A DNA stretch of 64,000 nt. It comes from Eledone cirrhosa. Its lineage: Eukaryota. The notes beneath the pieces were generated by a model. It had not been told where the DNA came from and did not search any database. It saw nothing but the letters and a program-made list of their open reading frames with translations. The translations under genes were made by a program, and so were the position numbers. The first letter of the stretch is position 1. Every line of letters starts with the position of its first letter. The DNA is taken from the NCBI GenBank assembly GCA_964016885.1, contig OZ024749.1:2046001-2110000 (forward strand), in the 5' to 3' direction. This document shows, piece by piece, positions 47,457-64,000 of this stretch.

Positions 47457-49538
47457 CGGTGTGTGGGGACTGGTTGTGTGTAAGACTTGGTGTGTGGGGA
47501 CTGGTTGTGTGTAAGACTTGGTGTGCGGGACTGGTTGTGTGTAAGACTTGGTGTGTGGGGCCTGGTTGTGTGTAAGACTTGGTGTGTGGGGCCTGGTTGT
47601 GTGTAAGACTTGGTGTGTGGGGGACTGGTTGTGTGTAAGACTTGGTGTGTGGGGACTGGTTGTGTGTAACACTTGGTGTGTGGGGCCTGGTTGTATGTAA
47701 GACTTGGTGTGTGGGGGACTGGTTGTGTGTAAGACTTGGTGTGTGGGGCCTGGTTGTGTGTAAGACTTGGTGTGTGGGGGACTGGTTGTGTGTAAGACTT
47801 GGTGTGTGGGGCCTGGTTGTGTGTAAGACTTGGTGTGTGGGGCCTGGTTGTGTGTAAGACTTGGTGTGTGGGGGACTGGTTGTGTGTAAGACTTGGTGTG
47901 TGGGGACTGGTTGTGTGTAACACTTGGTGTGTGGGGCCTGGTTGTATGTAAGACTTGGTGTGTGGGGGACTGGTTGTGTGTAAGACTTGGTGTGTGGGGC
48001 CTGGTTGTGTGTAAGACTTGGTGTGTGGGGGACTGGTTGTGTGTAAGACTTGGTGTGTGGGGCCTGGTTGTGTGTAAGACTTGGTGTGTGGGGCCTGGTT
48101 GTGTGTAAGACTTGGTGTGTGGGGGACTGGTTGTGTGTAAGACTTGGTGTGTGGGGACTGGTTGTGTGTAAGACTTGGTGTGTGGGGACTGGTTGTGTGT
48201 AAGACTTGGTGTGTGGGGCCTGGTTGTGTGTAAGACTTGGTGTGTGGGGACTGGTTGTGTGTAAGACTTGGTGTGTGGGGCCTGGTTGTGTGTAAGACTT
48301 GGTGTGTGGGGACTGGTTGTGTGTAAGACTTGGTGTGTGGGGGACTGGTTGTGTGTAAGACTTGGTGTGTGGGGACTGGTTGTGTGTAAGACTTGGTGTG
48401 TGGGGGACTGGTTGTGTGTAAGACTTGGTGTGTGGGGCCTGGTTGTGTGTAAGACTTGGTGTGTGGGGACTGGTTGTGTGTAAGACTTGGTGTGTGGGGG
48501 ACTGGTTGTGTGTAAGACTTGGTGTGTGGGGACTGGTTGTGTGTAAGACTTGGTGTGTGGGGGACTGGTTGTGTGTAAGACTTGGTGTGTGGGGACTGGT
48601 TGTGTGTAAGACTTGGTGTGTGGGGGACTGGTTGTGTGTAAGACTTGGTGTGTGGGGACTGGTTGTGTGTAAGACTTGGTGTGTGGGGGACTGGTTGTGT
48701 GTAAGACTTGGTGTGTGGGGACTGGTTGTGTGTAAGACTTGGTGTGTGGGGGACTGGTTGTGTGTAAGACTTGGTGTGTGGGGCCTGGTTGTGTGTAATA
48801 CTTGGTGTGTGGGGACTGGTTGTGTGTAAGACTTGGTGTGTGGGGACTGGTTGTGTGTAAGACTTGGTGTGTGGGGACTGGTTGTGTGTAAGACTTGGTG
48901 TGTGGGGGACTGGTTGTGTGTAAGACTTGGTGTGTGGGGCCTGGTTGTGTGTAAGACTTGGTGTGTGGGGACTGGTTGTGTGTAAGACTTGGTGTGTGGG
49001 GGACTGGTTGTGTGTAAGACTTGGTGTGTGGGGACTGGTTGTGTGTAAGACTTGGTGTGTGGGGGACTGGTTGTGTGTAAGACTTGGTGTGTGGGGACTG
49101 GTTGTGTGTAAGACTTGGTGTGTGGGGGACTGGTTGTGTGTAAGACTTGGTGTGTGGGGACTGGTTGTGTGTAAGACTTGGTGTGTGGGGGACTGGTTGT
49201 GTGTAAGACTTGGTGTGTGGGGCCTGGTTGTGTGTAAGACTTGGTGTGTGGGGACTGGTTGTGTGTAAGACTTGGTGTGTGGGGGACTGGTTGTGTGTAA
49301 GACTTGGTGTGTGGGGACTGGTTGTGTGTAAGACTTGGTGTGTGGGGGACTGGTTGTGTGTAAGACTTGGTGTGTGGGGACTGGTTGTGTGTAAGACTTG
49401 GTGTGTGGGGGACTGGTTGTGTGTAAGACTTGGTGTGTGGGGCCTGGTTGTGTTTAAGACTTGGTGTGTGGGGCCTGGTTGTGTGTAAGACTTGGTGTGT
49501 GGGGACTGGTTGTGTTTAAGACTTAGTTGGTGTGTGCG
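47457..49538. repeat. 31/32-bp minisatellite (GGTTGTGTGTAAGACTTGGTGTGTGGGG[G]ACT)n, ~66 copies
   Basis: Direct, highly homogeneous. Confidence 0.97.
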
Positions 49539-49650
49539 GGAAATGGTTTTGTGCATAGCTGTGGCGTTCTAACATGAATATATTTATTACCACTCTCTTC
49601 ACGCACCCTGAATCCCTTTCCTCTGTTTTACATGTGTAGAGATATGTTTG

Positions 49651-49715
<65 letters not shown>

Positions 49716-49721
49716 ACACAT

Positions 49722-49775
<54 letters not shown>

Positions 49776-49868
49776 CACACATGTGAGAATATATATATGC
49801 ATATAATACAGACGTTTGAGCATATATATATATATATAGATAGATAGATATACACATATATCATATAG

Positions 49869-49988
49869 ACGACTGTGGTATATGGGCTCAGGTTTTCGCG
49901 CCCAAGTACAACTGTGAGGGTCTACAAGGTTACTCGAGCATGTATGGTGAGGACTTGGTATCGCTGGTGGATCCATACAGCTATAAGA
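49869..49988 (+). CDS. Possible isolated exon, weakly PqaA/AprA-like (LVDPYSY)
   Basis: AG at 49867-68, open frame DCGIWAQVFAPKYNCEGLQGYSSMYGEDLVSLVDPYSYK, weak GT donor; no partner exons found. Confidence 0.2.
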
Positions 49989-50364
49989 GTGAACATATCA
50001 TTATTTATGTATTACTCTCCACAATGTGTTCAACTAAGCCAGATAGACTCCTGCTGCTTCCGCCGGATTTCCTACATTCAACGTTCATAGCTAGGTTTTC
50101 CAAATATTTATTTATTAAACACACGCACACACACACATACTTACGCAGGTGCACAAGTATAGCTCTTTTCACAAATTGTTTTTTTTTTTCCATTTCAGGT
50201 AGACGCGCTCCATTATCCACTTTTCTAAAAAACAAATCATACACAAAATTCCAGCACCAACAGTTTTGCAAGAGATGTCAACATGAATGGACCTGTTATT
50301 TTTATCTGAAGACATTTTTTCCAATACCAACCCGCCCGTCCCCTCAATCTATCTTATTTCTCAT

Positions 50365-50405
50365 TCTTTCTTCTGATGAAGGACAAGCGTCCGAAACGTT
50401 AACAC
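50365..50405 (+). ncRNA. Minimal PLE-type HHR motif
   Basis: ctgatga-a-ggac aagc gtcc-gaaacgtt (palindromic AACGUU in place of stem III); stem I weak. Confidence 0.6.
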
Positions 50406-50493
50406 CCTCTTCCTCCTATATCAAGCGTTAACCTAATATATCCCTTCCATATACTGTACCGATTGTGTTGTTATTTCTGTTTACCTTTTACAT

Positions 50494-50580
<87 letters not shown>

Positions 50581-50899
50581 ACATCCACACATATGACCTA
50601 ATAAGTGACTGCTATTATAACGTATATCCTTTCTTTATTTGGTTAATTGCTACAAGACATCAGTTGATTTGCTAAGTAGACCTCATCACATAGACACTGA
50701 AAGATCGATATGAATGTATGATGCCACTAGCAACACTATCCTCACTAAGCAAGATGGGTGTTACCTAGCTTGTTGATCATCTTATCTTCCTCAAAACATG
50801 TAAAGTCTTACGTGGTCCAGCGTGAGGAATAAGAAAACAAAATACTTGATTGTCCCAGCTACGTTAGGTTCGTATAATGTATGGATATTCCATGGGTTG

Positions 50900-51225
50900 A
50901 TCTGGTGCTGACCTGGGGCTGGCCTGGATGGTCTGAGGCTGGCCTGGGGCTGGCCTGGAGCTGGCCTGGGGCTGCCCTGGGTCTGACCTGGGGCTGGCCT
51001 GGGTCTGACCTGGGGCTGTCCTGGGGCTGGCCTGGGGCTGGCCTGAGGCTGACCTGCGGCTGGCTTGTGGCTGGGCTGGGTCTGACCTCGGGCTGGCCTG
51101 GGGCTGACATGCGGCTGGCCTGGGAGTGACCTGGGGCTGGCCTGGTGCTGACATGGGGCTGACCTGCGGCTGGCCTGGGGCTGACCTGAGGCTATCCTGC
51201 GGCTGACCTGGTTTGGCCTGGGGCT
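50900..51225. repeat. 11-bp G-rich minisatellite (GGGGCTGGCCT/GGGGCTGACCT)n
   Basis: Direct. Confidence 0.9.
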
Positions 51226-51466
51226 AAAACATCACATGATTACATATACATGCATGTATTAGTTGTGAAGGCTTAACCTAATCTCGCTTTGCAGAAACAT
51301 CGTAACTATGCTGTAAGAAAGCGAATAAATCAACTTATATACTTAATCTGTTGTAAAGTTTGAGTTCTTCCTCCTTGGCGGACCACCAAGGGCACCAAGT
51401 CAACACAGAAACACAAACCTACAGACAGACAGACACACATGTCTATCTGTCTGTCAGTCTTCCTCT

Positions 51467-51560
<94 letters not shown>

Positions 51561-52121
51561 GTGTGTGTGTGTGTGTGAATGTGTAAGGGTATTGCGAGAT
51601 GAGGTGGTATATAAGCAGGTATTTTACGGTTTGCTTTCTCCCGCACGCCCTCAATATATTACTGGTACCTGGTCTTTAGTCGTTGCTCAATAATATCAAA
51701 GATCTATCCAAGAGCAAGGAAGGAAGAAGCCAGACACCAGAGGGGAGGTCTGTCGATCATATATTGGAAGTTTACCATTCTAAACCTCCATGGAATTCTC
51801 TTGATTGATATTATTGAATCTGATGTTTTCTAGCAGACAATTCACACACACACATACACACACACACACACTGACAGGCACACACAGACAGACAGGCACA
51901 CACAGATAGGCACACATAGACACAGACTGGTACACATACATATAGGCGTACACACACACACACAGACAGGCACACACACACACACGGCCACACACACGCA
52001 ACCACACACACAGGCACACCGAGGCATACATAGCCACATACACACAGCCACACACAGACCGGCACAGCTACACACACACGCAGGAGTACACAAGCGTACA
52101 CAGTCACACACTCACAGGCAC

Positions 52122-52194
<73 letters not shown>

Positions 52195-52501
52195 GGTACA
52201 CACAGCCACACACAGACAGGCGTACACAGCCACACACAGACAGGCACAGCTACACACACACACAGGAGTACACAGACGTACACAGCCACACACTCACAGG
52301 CACACACACATACACACACACACACAGCCACACACAGAGGCGTACACAGCCACTCACAGACAGGCACACACAGCCACACGCAGACAGGCACACACAGACA
52401 GGCACACACAGCCACTAACACACACAGCGACAGGCACACACAGCCACTAACACACACAGCGACACACACACAGGCACAGATAAGCACAGAAAAAAAAATA
52501 T

Positions 52502-52860
52502 TTATCAATGATATTAAATAAATGGAAATTTATTTATAAAACCATATTTATTCTATTATATATATTTGAAGGGTACAAAAACTTTGGTACTTATAAATAT
52601 TGACATATCCAGGAAGGAGATCTTAAAGGTTCAAGTTTTACCTGGGGAAACCGTTAAGATCTCCTTCCTGGAAATGTCAATATTTATAAAACAAACTTTG
52701 TATTTTATCTGATGAGGGCGTACCAAAGTTTTGCTACCCTTGAAATATATATAATAGAATAAATATGGTTTTATAAATAAAGTTTCCATTTATTTAATAT
52801 CATTGATAATATACTCCAGAAAACTTGTCGAGTGCTTCGAATCTTATAAATATATTTATT
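52502..52860 (+). mobile_element. Nested inverted-repeat Penelope-like remnant
   Basis: Outer arms 52502-52590 / ~52720-52809, inner hairpin 52591-52688; homologous to 29965-30447. Confidence 0.75.
52701..52761 (+). ncRNA. Minimal type-I hammerhead ribozyme
   Basis: UAUUUUAU-CUGAUGA-ggg(c)gua..uaccc-uu-GAAAU-AUAU-AUA-AUAGAAUA. Confidence 0.7.
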
Positions 52861-52964
52861 TATTGAATTACCATCAAATTAAATATCCCTTTGCTTATAT
52901 ATGTATACATATATATAGGAAAAAGTATGACCTCGACGGCAGAGCTCAAGCCGTTTCGACGCCC

Positions 52965-53624
<660 letters not shown>

Positions 53625-54704
53625 GCCAAACACGCACTAAAGCAAACACGGGATCACACAAAGACACGCATCAGAACAGATACATATATGTATATAGACA
53701 CACGCACACACACACATAGTCATGTGCTAACACACAGATCTATATAGAAACACACACACACACCACACACGTGCACACACTGAGGCACACACATGTATAT
53801 ATAGAGAGAGGCTGACATAGACACGCACACATGTATATAGAGACACACACCCACATGTATATAGAGCGACACACACACATGTAAATAGAGACACACACAT
53901 GTATATAGAGGCACACACATAGGTAGGCACACCCACACTCAGGTGGACAACACAGTTACATAGGCACAGGTGGACAGTAATAGAGAGGGGGGGGGGGAGT
54001 GATACACATACATACACACAGACATACATATACACACATAAATAATAAAGAAAAAAACACGCGTATACACAAACACACACCATATATATACACACCACAT
54101 ACACAAACACACATACACACAATATATACACCACATACACATATATAGACACACACACGTAGACACACAGACACACACACATATATATACACACACACGC
54201 ATGCACTCACACACACATACACACACATATATATATATATAACGAAGGAAGTGTGGTAAGGAACCAGGTGGACCACAACGCACCAGAGTACTCAATACTT
54301 AGGGTAGTAGAGTGGGTATTAGGAAAAGAGTCAGGACCCTGACGGCAGAGCTCAAGCCGTTTCGACGGTAGTAAGGTTACTTGGATGCGTCTATAGGCGG
54401 TGTGCCGATAAGCACTCTATGCTCCTTCAGAGCAGAGTATAATAATATGGAAAACGAAGAATCAATAGTGCATTGGAACACAATTTATTACGTATTACAC
54501 TTGTTTCTCCGGCGAACAGCTCGAGGTGCGATCTATTTGTGGATCGAACCTGACTCTGGATTCGCAAGTTCCTCAGATACGTCTAGTGATTTCGAAGCAA
54601 ATCCTCTAACACACACACACATATATATATGCTTGCCAGCATGACTCTGAATTTGCGTTACGTTTCGCTTTTTCTACCCGCCGAAATGCGATTCTCGCTA
54701 AATT

Positions 54705-54739
<35 letters not shown>

Positions 54740-54752
54740 GTATATGTATATG

Positions 54753-54785
<33 letters not shown>

Positions 54786-54842
54786 ATATAAGTGTGTGCG
54801 TATATATATATATATATAGGTGTGTGTGTGTGTGTGCGTATG

Positions 54843-54873
<31 letters not shown>

Positions 54874-54874
54874 A

Positions 54875-56850
54875 GGGTGGGTAAAATTCCCGAGACCCCT
54901 GGACGAGTACTCTCCAGCGGCCTCTGTCCCTCATTATCGTTGGCATGTCCTTCGTCTCCAAGAGTCCAGTGTCTGTCCTTAGGGCATCAACATATCTCAA
55001 CCTTGGTCTCCCTCTTCCAGTGTGTCCATGCAGGGGCTCCTACAGGAGCACTGAGTGCAATGTCAACTCTGGATGTCGGTGAGCATGTCCAGCTAACCTC
55101 AGTCTCCTCTGTGTTACTTTCGAGCTGACTTTTGGGAGGCTCCCGTACAGCTCAGTTCTTTATCCTCAGTGTATACTGATTAATGTTCAGAGCCGTCCTC
55201 AGCATTCTCGTGTAGCACCCATCCACCCTCTGAGTGAGTTTCTTGGTCAGTGTCCAAGTCTCAGACCCGTACAGCAGCACAGACTCCACTACAGCAGCGA
55301 AGAGACGAATGTTCAGGTCTTTACGAAGGTCCGACTTTCACACCGATCTCAAACTGTGGCACGCCGCCCAGGCCTTGCTCTTCCTCTCAAACACATCATC
55401 TTCTGTATTCCCAATCTTTGCTCCCAGATACAGGAAGTCCTCAACCAATTCTAGCGGCTTCCCACCTAAATTAATGATCTTCTATGGCTTCTTAATATTC
55501 TCTACCATATACTTTGTCTTAATCTCATTCGTTCTCAGCCCCACACCCATCGACACAGTCTCCACCTCCTGCATCAACTCCTCTGCCTCCTTCACTGTGT
55601 TTGTCACCAGAACTATGTCGTTGGCAAATTCAGCACCCGATATCTTTTCTCGCATTAACTCTCCTACTCTGAGTCATTGTTACAGTAAAGCTAGAGTCCT
55701 GGTGTTTCTCCAGCGCAAGGCGCATACAATAGTCCAATACGATGATAAAAAGGAAAGCAGCCAATATATCTCCCTGGAGCACTCCAGCCAGTATCTCAAA
55801 GAACTCTGTCATTCCATCAGGTGTAATGACTTGGGCTTTTGTGTAGGTGTAGAGCAGTGATATGAAGTCCACTATCGTCTTGGGGATTTCATATGCATGT
55901 AAGATCATCAGGCTGTGACAGTCTACAGAATCAAAGGCTTTCCTAAAGTCAATGAAAACCATGACGGCAGGAAGGAACTTTGCTCTAGCTCACTTTAATA
56001 TCCTCCTCAGCATCAGGAAATGACCGGTGGTTGATCTTCCCTCTCTGAAGCCGTTCTGGTTGTCCCTGAGCTTCTTCTCCATCTCGGGTTGGATCCTGTT
56101 AAGAATCATCCTGTTGAGGGTCTTTGCCACAAGTGACGTCAGTGAAATGCCCCTACAGAGATCTCCCTTCTTTGGCACTGAGACGATGTTACTGATGCGG
56201 GTTTCTCCAGTGCCTGGTTACAGAAACCCAGGATTATATCATCAAATCACACCTCTTCATCACCTCTGATGCCACTCCTCTTCCATGAGCCTTGCCCTCC
56301 TTGATCTTCTTCTTGCCTCTCTGAAGCTCCTCTCTGGTGAAGGGTCCAGTTCCTCAAACAGCCGCCTGATCCCCCCAAGTGTTCTGGGCTGTGGAGGGAA
56401 GCTCTCCTCGTAGGGTCCTAAAATGGTCCAGCTATTTCCTCTTCCTATCCACGGTCTCTGTTCTCTGGATCTGACTCGAACACTTTCTCTTCCTCCCTGT
56501 GATCTCCTTGATGATCATCCAGCTTTCCTTACATCCAGACCTGCCAACTGCTCTCTCCACACTTCTGATACTCTCAGCGCCTCCTCTCTGGCCTCAGTGT
56601 AAGTGTAAGTGGTACAGAGTTCTTCCCTCATCACCTCCACAGTTTCCACCCTCTCCTCTGTAGGATCAGCATAGAATTGGTCCTTGGCAGCTGTCAGGTG
56701 TTCTCTGGCTGCACACACTTTGGGGTCTACAGAGCTGACCTGCTTCCTCTTCTTCTCTCTCCTCGGCACTGGGGTCTCACTTGCTCCGCCACTGCAGTGG
56801 TGAAGTACCTGTACCTCCTCTTCACACTCTCCTCTGCCTCTCCACAAACA
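54875..56850 (-). mobile_element. Decayed RTE-clade LINE (RT and C-terminus)
   Basis: PKKGDLCRGISLTS...LRDNQNGFREGRST, FIDFRKAFDSV, GVLQGD, YGSETWTLTK, DGCYTRMLR across several frameshifts. Confidence 0.88.
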
Positions 56851-56894
56851 GTACTGAACCTCTTATATATAAGTGTGTGTGTGTGTGTAATTGT

Positions 56895-57757
56895 TTGTGT
56901 GTCAGTGTGTGTGTCAGTGTGTATGTCAGTGTGTGTGTCAGTGTGTGTCAGTGTGTGTCAGTGTGTGTGTCAGTGTGTCAGTGTGTGTGTCAGTGTGTGT
57001 CAGTGTGTGTGTCACCGTGTGTGTCAGTGTGTGTGTCAGTGTGTGTCAGTGTGTGTCAGTGTGTGTCAGTGTGTGTGTCAGTGTGTGTGTGTCAGTGTGT
57101 GTCAGTGTGTGTCAGTGTGTGTCAGTGTGTGTGTCAGTGTGTGTCACTGTGTGTGTCAGTGTGTGTGTCAGTGTGTGTCAGTGTGTGTGTCAGTGTGTGT
57201 GTCAGTGCGTGTGTCAGTGTGTGTCAGTGTGTGTCAGTGTGTGTGTCAGTGTGTGTGTCAGTGTGTGTGTCAGTGTGTATGTCAGTGTGTGTCAGTGTGT
57301 GTCGGTGTGTGTCAGTGTGTGTCAGTGTGTGTGTCAGTGTGTGTGTCAGTGTGTGTGTCAGTGTGTGTCAGTGTGTGTCAGTGTGTGTCAGTGTGTGTGT
57401 CAGTGTGTGTGTCAGAGTGTGTGTCAGTGTGTGTGTCAGTGTGTGTGTCAGTGTGTGTGTCAGTGTGTGTGTCAGTGTGTGTGTCAGTGTGTGTGTCAGT
57501 GTGTGTGTCAGTGTGTGTGTCAGTGTGTGTCAGTGTGTGTCAGTGTGTGTCAGTGTGTGTCAGTGTGTGTGTCAGAGTGTGTGTCAGTGTGTGTGTCAGT
57601 GTGTGTCAGTGTGTGTCAGTGTGTGTCAGTGTGTGTGTCAGTGTGTGTGTCAGTGTGTGTGTCAGTGTGTGTCAGTGTGTGTCAGTGTGTGTGTCAGTGT
57701 GTGTGTCAGAGTGTGTGTCAGTGTGTGTGTCAGTGTGTGTCAGTGTATGTCAGTATG
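56895..57757. repeat. (GT)3-5CA compound microsatellite
   Basis: Direct. Confidence 0.95.
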
Positions 57758-58153
57758 TGTGCCAACATAAGCAGTCTTTATCTCAAAATTAGTCAAAGCC
57801 ATGAAAAAATGAAAGATATTAGAAACAAGAAAAACCCCCACCAAACAAAATTACCTCCCCCCCAATAAACTAACACAATAAACCAAGAAAAAAAATCAAT
57901 TCTTTTAAGCATTCGATCATTTGTGTAAGAGAATAGAAGGCCTTTAGTTTTGCATTTAGTTTTGCAGTGGTTAAAGAATAGCGTTGGATCGATTTCCAAG
58001 AAAATACATCAGCTGCCACTAGCATTAAATTCCAGGCAGGAATATATCCGCCATTGTATTGCTAGAATATTACAGTTACGCTACTTACGTCACATCTTGT
58101 TGGTTTTATATATATATGTGGGTGGGTGGGTGTATGTGTGTATGTACTAATGT

Positions 58154-58184
<31 letters not shown>

Positions 58185-58312
58185 CATATCTCACTCTCCC
58201 TTCCTCACTCTCTCTCTCCCTCTCTCTCTATATATATATTAAAATAAAGATATATAGACAAGCACACACATACACACACAACCACACATACACACACACA
58301 CACACACATATG

Positions 58313-58344
<32 letters not shown>

Positions 58345-58358
58345 CATAAACACACATG

Positions 58359-58425
58359 AGGTCGACTCCCGGGCACGCTGATGCGTTATGTCCTTGAGCA
58401 AGACACTTTATTTCACGTTGCTCCT
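58359..58425 (+). mobile_element. CORE-like SINE fragment
   Basis: tgtccttgagcaagacactttatttcacgttgctcc. Confidence 0.6.
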
Positions 58426-58522
58426 TCTACGTGGAGTTGCGACCGATAGATAGTAATAGCAATTGGAAAGACAAACGGAAACATTGTTTCCAAGGTCCGA
58501 TTTGACGAAAGTTGATCGACAA

Positions 58523-61181
<2,659 letters not shown>

Positions 61182-61193
61182 TATATATATAAG

Positions 61194-61251
<58 letters not shown>

Positions 61252-61403
61252 AAAAAGTATGACCCCGACTCAGAAATAGCCGTCGAAACGGCTTGAGCTC
61301 TGCCGTCGGGGTCATACTTTTTCCTATTTCCCACTCTACTACCCTAAATATTGAGTACTCTGGTGCGTTATGGTCCATCTGGTTCCTTACCACAATTCCT
61401 TCG

Positions 61404-61495
<92 letters not shown>

Positions 61496-61529
61496 GTAAT
61501 TAGACTGGCACTTACCAAAACGAATGTTC

Positions 61530-61760
61530 CAGGTGCTTCGAACAACAGAACAGATTCCTGTGAAATTAACGTGCAACTGGCTGAGCATTCTTCACACGCG
61601 TAGCATTAGCGTAGTTCTCAGGGGGACTAATTATGACAAATAATGAGACAAGTGTGGCCTTTCGAGTAGCAGGTACAACTTATATTTACGTGTTGAGCAA
61701 ACTGGAGCAACGTGATATAAAATGTTTTGCTAAAGGCCAGAAAATGGTGGAGGCTGTCGG
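61530..61760 (-). mobile_element. Diverged CORE-like SINE
   Basis: ctggagcaacgtgatataaaatgttttgctaaagg is the reverse complement of the CORE-like motif at 58390. Confidence 0.55.
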
Positions 61761-61890
61761 ACTGATGACTTTGCCTCATTTGAGTGTACTACACAGTAAG
61801 CAACACACACACACAAACACACATATATATATATACACACACACATACATACACACACATACACACACATACACACACACATATGTATAT

Positions 61891-61935
<45 letters not shown>

Positions 61936-61990
61936 TACACACATATATATATACACACATACACAAACATACACACACACATATATGTAT

Positions 61991-62027
<37 letters not shown>

Positions 62028-62403
62028 CATACATACACACACATACACACACACACATATATATATACACACACAGACACAAACACACATATATACACAC
62101 ACACATAAATATATATATACAAACACACATACACACATATATATTCATACATACACACACACAGGCATATACATATATGTATGTATATGTGTATGTATGT
62201 ATATATACACATATACATACAACCACACAAACACACATATATACACACACTCTCCCACTTATATTCTCACTATATATTTCCCAGTTCTTATTTAATATTT
62301 ATGTTATAGTTTATTTAATATGTTCAGTCTCACAATTATATTTATTTATCTATTTTGTTTAGCAGCAAGTTTTTTTGGTATATATTTCTTTATTGTATAT
62401 ATT

Positions 62404-62465
<62 letters not shown>

Positions 62466-62788
62466 GATAAATCTACTAAAATATACAGTAGTGTCCAATC
62501 CGTATGAATAACTCAATGTAATCCAAATATCATGAAAAGAGAAGATGTATTCAAAATTTTTTCGATGAAAAACACAGGAAAACAGAGTCAAGATAAATTA
62601 ATAAAAATAATGAATAAAAACAAAGAAACAGTTCCTTATATTAAAAAATTCATCATTTTACGATCGTTTCTAGGATATATATGTGTGTGTTGGTATGTAT
62701 ATCATATAGATCTATGTAAAATTTTTACAAACTATCAGAGGGAATATACATACCTACACATATATATGCTGTCTTCAAAAAAAAAAAA

Positions 62789-62828
<40 letters not shown>

Positions 62829-62889
62829 TTATAGTATATGTAACTGTTTATCATATATGTTAGAGTGTATTATATATGTGTGTTTCTTA

Positions 62890-63058
62890 AGGGCGGTTGA
62901 TTAGCACCATGTTTGCAGCATATAGTTACGGCCCTTTATGTGCTAAGTTTAAATCCAGCCGAGGTTAACTTTGCCTTTCATCCTTACAGGGTCGATAAAA
63001 TAAAGTACCAGTAATGCACTGGGATAATTGCTGGCCTTGTGCCAAAAGTAAAAATAAT
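62890..63058 (+). mobile_element. Nin/Deu-like SINE copy
   Basis: gccgaggttaactttgcctttcatccttacagggtcgataaaataaagtaccag. Confidence 0.85.
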
Positions 63059-63122
63059 CATGTGTATTTATTATATATATGTTTATTATATATATGTTTA
63101 TTATATATATATATTTAATACA

Positions 63123-63486
63123 CATATGTTTAGTATATGTATGTATAATATAATGTATGTATGTCTTTAGTATATGTATGTATAATATATGTATATATAT
63201 GTTTAGTATATGTATGTATACTATATCTATGTATATGTTTAGTATATGTATGTATAATATATGTATGTATATGTTTAGTATATGTATGTATAATATATGT
63301 ATATATATGTTTAGTATATGTATGTATAATAAATCTATGTATATGTTTAGTATATGTATGTATAATATATGTATATATATGTTTAGTATATGTATGTGTA
63401 ATATATCTATGTATATGTTTAGTATATTTATGTATAATATATGTATATATATGTTTAGTATATGTATGTATAATATATCTATGTAT
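63123..63486. repeat. 36-bp AT-rich minisatellite, ~10 copies
   Basis: (TTTAGTATATGTATGTATAATATATGTATATATATG)n. Confidence 0.9.
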
Positions 63487-63555
63487 GCTCTGTGTAGATT
63501 GCTTCTGCGTTATTTCCTTTTCAAATTCGAGAAAATCGTAGTTTCTAAAACACAC

Positions 63556-64000
63556 ACACAAGTCTCACGTGGACATACACATACACACACACAGGTCTCA
63601 CGTGGACATACACATACAAGTCTCACATGGACATACACACACACACAAGTCTCACGTGGACATACACACACACATACAAGTCTCACGTGGACATACACAT
63701 ACACACACAAGTCTCACATGGACATACACACACACACAAGTCTCACGTGGACATACACACACACACAGGTCTCACGTGGACATACACACACACACACACA
63801 AGTCTCACGTGGACATACACACACAAGTCTCACGTGGACATACACACAGGTCTCACGTAGACACACACACACACGCACAGACACATACAAGTATCGCGTG
63901 GACATATACACAAGTCTCACCTAGACACACACAAGTCTCACGTAGACACACACAATTCTCACGTAGACACACACACACAAGTCTCACATGGACACACACA
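63556..64000. repeat. Minisatellite ACAAGTCTCACGTGGACA + variable (CA)n, runs off the window end
   Basis: Direct, ~16 units. Confidence 0.9.

Noticed and set aside
47363-49556. 703-aa repetitive ORF
   Set aside because: Translation of the 31/32-bp satellite
63556-64000. CRISPR-like constant repeat with variable spacer
   Set aside because: Spacers are only (CA)n length variants

Overview
Repeat-saturated, AT-rich eukaryotic DNA, most likely cephalopod/octopus (inferred from the SINE families; not verified). No intact host gene could be assembled, and nearly all listed ORFs are microsatellite artefacts. Real coding remnants are an R4/Dong-type RLE LINE (35.2-36.5 kb, +), a Tx1/L1-type LINE (36.6-39.6 kb, -), an RTE-type LINE (54.9-56.9 kb, -) and a frameshifted Penelope-like GIY-YIG endonuclease (26.7-27.1 kb, -). 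The window also holds about 10 SINEs, five copies of an internally deleted RTE-derived element, multi-kb (TA)n tracts and about 10 minisatellites. The main hidden structure is at least ten different short elements, mostly beside (TA)n tracts and mostly fold-back palindromes, that carry minimal type-I hammerhead ribozyme (HHR) motifs. These include stem covariation, compensatory U3-A8 core variants, HHRs on both strands, and fold-back junctions that repeatedly fall on the ribozyme's stem II hairpin. All ribozyme calls come from manual pairing, not from folding software or assays.
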